Of a stretch of DNA of 6,897 nt, positions 1 through 6,800 are shown one piece after another. The stretch comes from Amoeboradix gromovi X-113 (lineage: Eukaryota; Fungi; Sanchytriomycota): NCBI GenBank assembly GCA_018985225.1, contig JADGIF010000538.1, forward strand, positions 1 to 6,897, in the 5' to 3' direction. The notes beneath the pieces were generated by a model. That model was not told where the DNA came from and made no database searches. It saw nothing but the letters and a program-made list of their open reading frames with translations. The number at the start of each line of letters is the position of its first letter. The first letter of the stretch is position 1. A program made the translations under genes and the position numbers.

Positions 1-81
1 TCTAATAGCTTAAATACTAGATATTATTCCTTTTCGCAAATGGTAAATCAATTCTAAATAAATAACTAATAGGTACGGCAT

Positions 82-425
82 ACAAAGACGTATGATCTCA
101 TATACTTACCATCGTTCAATACGAGCCAGCTGCCAAGTAGCTTGTCGAGCAAGGTCGCAAGAAACATGGCTACAATGTCCCATTACACATTCAAGGAACG
201 CTTGAAGTTCAAGTGTAAACAAAGAGGAAAGACGATAATCGAATATAATGAAGCATTTACTAGTCAGCCATGTACGAGGTATGGTACTCTAAAGAAAACC
301 AACTTAGAAACCTGAACCTGTAAAAGTGTCATTTGAAGATAGATAGAGACAATATGGCTGCAAGGAACATATACATCAAGTATATGCATCCTTATTCAAT
401 CCCACCTCAGGGTAGCGCAACATGA
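82..425 (+). pseudogene. Decayed, 5'-truncated Fanzor2 (IS607 TnpB-like RNA-guided RuvC nuclease), C-terminal third
   Basis: Manual translation from 82: TKTYDLIYLPSFNTSQLPSSLSSKVARNMATMSHYTFKERLKFKCKQRGKTIIEYNEAFTSQPCTRYGTLKKTNLET*TCK. After a 1-nt frameshift at ~322-326 it continues CHLKIDRDNMAARNIYIKYMHPYSIPPQGSAT* (TGA 423-425). It has a TnpB/Fanzor zinc ribbon (CTRY, i.e. CxxC with C>Y, and CK-C) and RuvC-III DRDxxAARNI. Pro at the canonical RuvC-II Glu position (LPSF, 109-111) with a downstream Glu (NEAFTS, 250-252) is the rearranged active site known for Fanzors. Premature TGA at 313-315. RuvC-I and the N-terminus are absent, with in-frame stops at 67-72. Confidence 0.9.
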
Positions 426-513
426 GCAATCACTGTAACGGAGAATCTAGCACTGCTAGTTTCTCTGTGGAAATTCTCGATTTTCTCGGGAAATCAGGAC
501 TTTTAACGAGGAG
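82..513 (+). mobile_element. Non-autonomous Fanzor2/IS607-like element remnant; right end at 513
   Basis: Fanzor pseudogene followed by 88 nt of structured sequence. The right boundary is where identity with the second copy (6821-6897) stops abruptly, after ...TTTTAACGAGGAG. The left boundary is not resolved and no transposase is visible. Confidence 0.8.
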
Positions 514-533
514 AATGGCCAATCTTGAAACAT
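437..533 (+). ncRNA. Putative Fanzor omegaRNA (3' part of scaffold 437-513 plus flank-derived guide ~514-533, AATGGCCAATCTTGAAACAT)
   Basis: Lies between the Fanzor stop and the element right end, where TnpB/Fanzor omegaRNAs are encoded. Hairpin 438-468 (8 bp including one G-U, a U-U mismatch, 5 bp CTAGC/GCTAG, 3-nt loop) and hairpin 474-492 (7 bp TTCTCGA/TCGGGAA, loop TTTTC). The true 5' end probably lies upstream and may overlap the CDS end. Guide length is assumed. Confidence 0.7.
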
Positions 534-819
534 ATGGGACATGAAATACAAAACTACACTCATTCTGAGATAGTTTGAATCACTATTTTAAGTGTGTATT
601 AACCGATAGTAAATTAAATTAATCTTATTGGCTGCACCTTATGCTTAGACGCTCAAAGACCTTACTTGAAAGAGATTGTGGGTCATCTTGTTTTATTTTA
701 AAGAGGTGAATAACATTAATGAAAGAAGAAGGACTTTTATTAATAATAGTATTTCCTCCTTACGGAGCACCTCCTTTAAAAACGACTTGGTCTTGTTTTT
801 ATATTTGGTGTCCCATATG
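531..819. mobile_element. MITE-like non-autonomous DNA transposon (~290 bp) with imperfect terminal inverted repeats
   Basis: 531-553 CATATGGGACATGAAATACAAAA matches the reverse complement of 797-819 (CATATGGGACACCAAATATAAAA) at 20/23, the first 11 perfectly. The outer CATATG palindrome can be read as a TA (533-534/816-817) or ATAT target-site duplication. No ORF inside. Confidence 0.6.
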
Positions 820-840
820 CTACTTATTTGTCAAAATTTA

Positions 841-2536
841 TTAAAATGAAGCGTTTTGTAAATAAACCTGCAATATCCTTACTTGCCGTGGTTCTATGCG
901 ATTCTGTATATCTTCTATTAATTTAGTTCCGAATCTTGTAAACAAGTTTACGAAATTTCTGTACCCTAGTAGCCTTACAGTAGGGTCTACATTATCAATT
1001 ACGCTCAACAGCAATTGTAATAACGGTTTTTTGTATTTCTTCAAAGGGTCCAATTCATATCTCTTCAACAAAATCTCCATTCCTTCTAGCAAGTCAACAA
1101 TGAACTCTGAGGATATGCTATCATCAACTAGTCCACTTTGAAGTAGGTCATACAAAGGATTGAATAAGCGGTCTGGTCTTAGCGTGGATACGCATGCTAT
1201 GTAACAATAAAATCCAGCTGCTTTTAACTAAATGAGCATTATTTACGTGATCCTTGTCAAATTCATGGTATTTTAATGTACAAGACAACACTGCTGATTC
1301 CTGTCCCTGTATTAATAATCCTTGATTTGTTATAATATGTTGCAGTAGAATAAAGCAATCTTCCTTGGGCTCATCTTCAGGCGACTCGCCCACAATATGA
1401 ATTATCTTATCAAGTACAGCCTGACATGTAGCAATATTCCATACTTGGTTTTTATCTTGCTGATTGTTGAATACTGGATGCTGCTTGGATAGACCCTGCA
1501 AAGTATTGAAATTTTCAACCGTAAAACGATCTGAGGTGGAGTTCAAAATTTGATTTATTTCCGGTTCCACATCTCCATCATCTACTATAATATCAGGGTT
1601 GCTATGATTAAACTCACTTTCACTTTCATTTGGCAATACAGGCACAATGTTGTTTGATTCTATTCCAGTAACTTCATCAAATGATTTGTTAATATTGCCC
1701 AAAACATCATCAAAGAAGGTGTTACTGTCTAAAAGTTTAGCTGTTCGTGGTCTGGAATGATATGAAGAAGGACTCGATTTGGCCGATATGTCTGAATCGG
1801 ATGAATCTCTACTTGTACTACGGTTTAACACAATGACTGATTTTGCCTTTTTAGGTGACATCTCTATCGGTATTGGAGGGGCAGTTAGTCTGCTTTGGGT
1901 TATTTTGCTACGATCGCGAGATATTGATTTTAAAATATGATCTTGTACATTACTTAGTACCTTTTGCGAGTTTTGAAAATCGTTTGACTCAAACAACAAA
2001 AACAGAGTCCTGGCATGTTCCCTAACAGAAGAATCAGCATCATGTAAAAGCCTCACTATTATTTTTGCAAAGACATCCATACTATGGGATTTCACCAACC
2101 AGTTGGAATCAAGAGTATTTTGATAGAATATGGTGAGTAATAGCACGGTGCTATTGCGAACTACAACACCCTTTTCTTTAGACATTTTGGACAGTATAGC
2201 GAGTATTCTACTTGTCGGCTGGGTGTTTTGAATCAACAGTGACGCTGCATTAATTGACGGTTGGGAAACAACTTTTTTGGATCCGGATATAACCTTGAAT
2301 AATCCTGCTAGTAAAATTTCAGCATAAGGATCCATGTTGTTAGACTGTATAAGAGATTCTACTGCCAGTAAGGCATTAAACTGTAGCTGAGTTCTTAAAC
2401 TATTAATTGCGGAACAAACATAATCTAATTGAACCCTGTCTATTTCTATCGGTTTCTTTTGTAATGCTTGCATTACGGCATCCCGTCTCTCCCAGTTCTT
2501 TTCTGATTCCTTATTTTCAAAGCATGACCAATCCAT
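841..2536 (-). CDS. STU1: CLASP/Stu1 family microtubule-associated HEAT/TOG protein; join(2536..1247,1227..841), ~558 aa
   Basis: N-terminal CLASP_N motifs (FENKESEKNWERR, SLRTQL, SKKVVSQ, DADSSVREHAR), a Ser/Arg-rich linker and a C-terminal helical domain (VDPTVRLLGY...RQVRILQVYL). Removing a 19-nt GT-AG intron (1246-1228) fuses ORF 1148..2536 to the frame of ORF 841..1155 (...DKDH|LKAAGFYCYIACVSTLRPDRLFNPLYDLLQ...). Confidence 0.85.
1228..1246 (-). other. 19-nt spliceosomal intron in CLASP/Stu1
   Basis: GTAAATAATGCTCATTTAG with branch-like CTCAT next to TAG. From this donor, only this acceptor restores frame; the nearby AAG and CAG acceptors do not. Confidence 0.75.
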
Positions 2537-2670
2537 TACGGGAGCAGATATGTTTGAAACTTTTTAAGTGAGAACTGGCACTGAAGACAAAAAGAAACAT
2601 ATATTAACGGAAGCAGTTTATTAGCATTTATATCAAGTGTTTAAGCATATGACCCAAGCTTATTGCAATT

Positions 2671-3132
2671 CTACTTTTGTCGGTTTTGAATTGCTGCATG
2701 TGTAGAATTGAGCATTGATATTGTAGATATGGGCTCGATGTTGCGTATATTAAGTTGCTTACCACAATAATACTCCAAATCACCAATGATTTTGTACGAT
2801 TTAAATTGTTCAATAACTGGCAAATTATTAGATTCGTTCTTCAAAGCAGCCCAAATAATTCCTGTCAGTATTCCGGTTCCGTCTTCCAACTCTAATAGCA
2901 ACATGTTTCTTTTCTCGACACAACTACAAACGAATGCGGATATCTCAAATCTTTTGTAGTAGTTCGTTCGGTCAGTAAATAACTCATTTTCAGAATCGTA
3001 TCTTAACTCCAAGATGTCTTTGATTGGCAATCTATTAAGCGAAATGGCAGAAATTCTACAAAAACCAGACAACCTCTTTGAAACAATTGTCTCAAAGAAC
3101 AGAACTGACGGGTAGAAATGTCCTATATGATA
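2671..3132 (-). CDS. OB-fold ssDNA-binding protein of the STN1/RPA32 family (5' exon(s) unresolved)
   Basis: Open frame 3132-2671: ...RLPIKDILEL...FEISAFVCSCVEKRNMLLLELEDGTGILTGIIW...YKIIGDLEYYCGKQLNIRNIEPI. The (D/E)DGTGxIxxxxW motif and strand spacing are typical of Stn1/RPA2 OB folds. The ORF-track start at 3072 is TTG. The real ATG is probably upstream (candidate 3262, candidate donor GTAAAT at 3169), but I could not build a clean spliced model. Confidence 0.7.
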   Translation of the reverse strand, partial: YHIGHFYPSVLFFETIVSKRLSGFCRISAISLNRLPIKDILELRYDSENELFTDRTNYYKRFEISAFVCSCVEKRNMLLLELEDGTGILTGIIWAALKNESNNLPVIEQFKSYKIIGDLEYYCGKQLNIRNIEPISTISMLNSTHAAIQNRQK

Positions 3133-3332
3133 TCACCTATGCACTAGGAACAATTAGCTACATATTTACCATCTTTTTTCTATACTCTGGAATAGGCAAA
3201 AGCAACACCCATCGCCTGAATGCATAAGCTAGTTCATGTCCTAATATATATGTCTCCTTCATTCTGGTATCGACTTTTGCTTTCAGTCTACTTTTCGTGC
3301 AGCATCTCACGATTTTCAAGCTCCATATAAAA

Positions 3333-4331
3333 TTAAAATTGTTTATTTAGTTTCATTTTCCTAAGCTCCGGAGAGGTCACAAATCGTGCATCAATATCTC
3401 TAAATTGCTGCTCATCGTCATCAAACTTGATTTTATACAAGTTGAGTTTGTACATAGATGGAGGAAGAATTACAGCACCAGAGTATAATGAAGTCGTTTC
3501 TGGGAACAAGGCATAAACCTTAGAATCAGGCGAAAATTCTGGCCAATTTAGTTTCTGCTTCATTGGACTCAGTCTAGTTACATCCCCGACAACAGCTGCT
3601 TCTGCGGGTAGCCTCATAATATGGCGTCTTAACTTATTTTGAATAGTTATGCTTTTATCTTCATAGTCAGAGACAGAGTACTTTGTCTTGTTAATGTTCT
3701 TTGAAGGGTCTTGTATGATTTTGGTGATATAACCTAAAATCCAATCGTCTGTTTTTACAGCAACCAGCTCACCAATTCTAATATTAACTGAATCTGGAAT
3801 ATTTATCTCTGGTGGAGTAGACGCTCTGGTGGCAATCCGAGTTTTCCTGGGTGATAAGATTAGCTCTTCAATGTTGTCAGGGATAGGTTCCACGCCAATT
3901 TCCGTGTGGTGATCTGTAGTTTGACGAGTTAATCCATTGTCATCAATATCCATGCTTTCGGCTTCTGATTGAGCAGACTCCATTATTTTAGGAGCTGTTA
4001 TCAACTCTTTTTTCTTGATCGGTAAAGCATTAAGCGTTCCCGTAATGACATCCTTGGAAACTTTTTTCTTTTTAGAAATTGAAGAAATTGGAGAAGCCAA
4101 TCTTTTTGGATCTTGTGAAAATTTAATCAGTTCATCTGAACCTTTGCCATCTTCTTGTCGGAATTGCATATCGAAATCAATTATCTGCAGAGTTCTATGA
4201 ATAAGTCCCCGTAATCTTTGAATATCGCGTTCATTCGGATCACTACAGCATTTTGAGTTTAGAATTTCTACTTCGTTTAGTCGTTCGTTAAGCACACGCA
4301 TGTTGGCCAAAAAATGGTCTTGAGATGTCAT
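3333..4331 (-). CDS. SGF29: SAGA-associated factor 29 (tandem Tudor H3K4me reader), 332 aa
   Basis: C-terminal double Tudor: IGELVAVK..DWILG...YSVSDYED and FSPDSKVYALFPETTSLYSGAVILPP...YKIKFDDDE...IDARFV, matching the SGF29 VLAxYPxTTxFY...FEDD pattern. Intact ATG-to-TAA ORF. Confidence 0.88.
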   Translation of the reverse strand: MTSQDHFLANMRVLNERLNEVEILNSKCCSDPNERDIQRLRGLIHRTLQIIDFDMQFRQEDGKGSDELIKFSQDPKRLASPISSISKKKKVSKDVITGTLNALPIKKKELITAPKIMESAQSEAESMDIDDNGLTRQTTDHHTEIGVEPIPDNIEELILSPRKTRIATRASTPPEINIPDSVNIRIGELVAVKTDDWILGYITKIIQDPSKNINKTKYSVSDYEDKSITIQNKLRRHIMRLPAEAAVVGDVTRLSPMKQKLNWPEFSPDSKVYALFPETTSLYSGAVILPPSMYKLNLYKIKFDDDEQQFRDIDARFVTSPELRKMKLNKQF

Positions 4332-4463
4332 GTTTCAGAAAACTAAAAAATGCAATACTTGCAGATCAAAAGAATAAATTTAAGTTTAAATCGTGAATTA
4401 CGTAAAAATAAGATGTTACTGATTTTTACAATAGAAATAATCTTGAATCTCCATTAAACATCC
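4332..4463. promoter_or_regulatory. Probable bidirectional promoter between SGF29 and the CDK gene (132 bp)
   Basis: Head-to-head ATGs at 4331 and 4464 with an AT-rich spacer. It contains the palindrome TTACGTAA at 4398-4405 (bZIP-like; function unproven). Confidence 0.5.
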
Positions 4464-5399
4464 ATGTTACGTAATCCTCGACAAGCTTTTGATTTTTCCA
4501 CATCATCGATAAATGATTATGATCGAGGTGAAAAGCTTGGTGAAGGCACATATGGTGTAGTTTGGAAGGCTATTGTTCGAGCTACAAAGGAGCCTGTAGC
4601 ATTAAAGAAAATCAGAACCGACCATCAAGAAGATGGGTTCCCTGCAACAGCTTTACGAGAAATTAGTATTTTGAGAGAGCTGCATGAACACAAGAGCATT
4701 GTATATCTTCACCATATTATCAGTGATGGTCCATCTATTTATCTTGTCTTTGAATATTGTACCATGGATTTGAAGAAATGGATGGCAGATGCATCCAACC
4801 TCTCTTCATCTAACATAAAGAAGTTCTCCTATCAATTACTTGATGCCATGGCATTTGCACATTCCAGAAGGTGTATTCATCGCGACTTGAAGCCTCAAAA
4901 CATCTTAGTTGATGATCAAAATAATATCAAGGTAGCAGATTTTGGACTGGCTCGTGCTGTTGGAGTTCCTATGCGTGGTTATACTCATGAAGTTGTTACT
5001 TTATGGTACAGAGCTCCAGAAGTTTTATTGGGTGCGAGACAATACGGGTTTGGTATCGATGCTTGGAGTGTAGGCTGTATAATTGGTGAGTTGTTTAACA
5101 AAGGACAACCGATATTTCGTGGAGACTCAGAAATTGATCAGATTTGGAAGATATTTGAGTACTTCTGTTATTAATTTAGAATCCTGGGGACGCCATCTGA
5201 AGACTCTTGGCCTGGGGTTTCTCACTTACCCGAATTCGGTACATTTCCTCAGTTCAAGGGTAAAGATTTGAGGGATTTACTGTTTATAGATGATCTTCAA
5301 AGCGACACCCTTCAAGCTCTGTTGACATTTTATCCCAATTCAAGATTGTCATGCAGAAAGGCAATGAATCTGCCATATTTTGATGCTATTGCACAATAA
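4464..5399 (+). CDS. Cyclin-dependent kinase, CDK1/CDK2 (cdc2/Cdc28)-like; join(4464..5158,5180..5399), ~304 aa
   Basis: GEGTYGVV, VALKKIR, PATALRE (PSTAIRE variant), HRDLKPQN, DFGLAR, YTHEVVTLWYRAPE, GDSEIDQ. Removing 21-nt intron 5159-5179 continues KIFE|ILGTPSEDSWPGVSHLPEF...RLSCRKAMNLPYFDAIAQ*, the canonical CDK C-lobe. Confidence 0.95.
5159..5179 (+). other. 21-nt spliceosomal intron in CDK
   Basis: GTACTTCTGTTATTAATTTAG. It contains an in-frame TAA, and its removal restores the conserved IFxxLGTP motif exactly. Confidence 0.9.
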
Positions 5400-5438
5400 A
5401 TATCATAATTGTACTTTGTTTATTAAATTTCGATTAAA

Positions 5439-6271
5439 TTATTCCATTCCGTCAATTAAATCATGAATGTTCTGAAGAATAAGCATGAACCTGGATTCAA
5501 TTACAATGCCTGGATTAGCAGATTGTATAGCATCAATGCAGCATATAAATTCACACCAGACTTTGGCTATGTTAATGCAAATATACCATGATACTCTATT
5601 TCAATCAACCTAGAAAGCTTAGCATCATTGAAGAACAACTGTAAATCCTGAGATAACCGACATAAGGATTGTATCGTACTGTTATATAGTTTTAAATCTG
5701 ATATATTCAGATTTGTTTGATGCTTTGTTATTGACTGCGTGCATTTTCCTATATACAAATATACAATTAGAATATGATAAGTGTCTTGTTTTTCCGCATT
5801 TAGCAGCTCACATAGACATCTTGATATCAAATGGAAACCATTATCAGAAGAGTTAAGGGAATTTTCAAGAGTTGATGAAAATAGTTTAGCAAAGTCAATA
5901 CGATCATTTATTTCAAGATCTTGTTGAAATAAAAGTGCTTTTATACTTATGCAAGATGGATTATCTACCTTGTCTAGTAAAATAGATTTCAGATTCACTA
6001 AATCTTTGGAATGGCGCAGTATAGATATAATCACATCATCGGACAATGGTATGTCATCCATATCCTGCATATCGATATCATTTGACCACATCCCATCTTT
6101 GCTCTCCTGCTTTCTCTTCAAGGTCATAACTTCCGCCTGAAGTGTTGCACACTTAAGTTTCAATTGCTTCAATTCTTCGTTGCCGTTTGCTAGATTGGAC
6201 ATGTAGTGTTTTATTTCCACATTGTATGGTTTAGATTTCCATAATGCCAGAGATACAGCGTTGGGAATCAT
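5439..6271 (-). CDS. MEI4: MEI4/Rec24-like meiotic double-strand-break factor; join(6271..5587,5566..5439), ~270 aa
   Basis: The N-terminus AVSLALWKSKPYNVEIKHYMSNLA...LKLKCATLQAEVMTLKRK resembles, from memory, the conserved MEI4 N-terminal signature (ALAIIRSKP.....EY...LA...LEAEVMQLRQK in vertebrates). The remainder is Leu-rich and helical. A 20-nt intron (5586-5567) extends the ORF with AKVWCEFICCIDAIQ...LIDGME*. Confidence 0.7.
5567..5586 (-). other. 20-nt spliceosomal intron in the MEI4-like gene
   Basis: GTATATTTGCATTAACATAG with branch-like TTAAC next to ATAG. The ORF-track stop is the acceptor TAG, and splicing opens a further ~42 codons. Confidence 0.7.
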
Positions 6272-6800
6272 AATATCAATTACTTGTTGGAAAAATTATA
6301 GTACAAATATTTTATAGATGACCAATCCCGCACAATGGCATACTGCAAAACTTAAATTCGGTTGCCAATTTGTGCCATTCATAACTATATGAGATGAAGA
6401 GCAGGCTACTTTGAATTCAACCACTGTTTACACAGGCAGGTGAATCTTTAAGCACTTTAGGAGGCTCACTTATGCAGCTAAAGATGATGTTTTGACGGAT
6501 ACTGTTAAACAATCATTGGGTGAAATCAAAACACAATTTAGGACTTATAAATCCTTGAGTCAGAAGACTGGCGTGTGCTCCATCAGCGGGAACCAAGTTT
6601 AGTTTAGGTAATACAGCTAACTGTCCTGTTGCGTTACAAATATGTTTTCGTATTAGTAATTTTTGTGACTGATGATTTTTGGACCTTTTTATATCTTGAT
6701 GTTTTAGTGAAATTTGTACTATACCATTGTATACACGCAGTGTGTTTTACTATTTTTTGTACATAATACCGCACGGCTCGAATTCCTTTACGAAAGCAGT

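Noticed and set aside
437-513. CRISPR repeat, tRNA or bacterial terminator interpretation of the hairpins
   Set aside because: There is no repeat-spacer periodicity or cloverleaf, the context is eukaryotic, and the position after a Fanzor ORF explains them better.
896-1141. 81-aa plus-strand ORF
   Set aside because: Antisense shadow of CLASP exon 2.
841-1155. 104-aa ORF as a separate gene
   Set aside because: It has a TTG start and is exon 2 of CLASP/Stu1.
2628-2813. 61-aa minus-strand ORF
   Set aside because: Alternative frame overlapping the OB-fold CDS, with a non-ATG start and no motif.
4090-4104. GGAGAAGCCAATCTT in SGF29 resembling the left end/guide junction GGAGAATGGCCAATCTT
   Set aside because: It needs a 2-nt gap in the seed region and has only 9 contiguous guide matches, which is compatible with chance.
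4015-4200. 61-aa plus-strand ORF
   Set aside because: Antisense to SGF29.
5083-5271. 62-aa plus-strand ORF as the CDK continuation
   Set aside because: Wrong frame. The true C-lobe continues in the original frame after the 21-nt intron.
5749-5764. 16-nt GT-AG segment (GTATATTTGTATATAG, minus strand) in the MEI4-like gene
   Set aside because: Removing it shifts the frame into a stop six codons later, while the unspliced frame stays open.
5949-6140. 63-aa plus-strand ORF
   Set aside because: Antisense to the MEI4-like gene.
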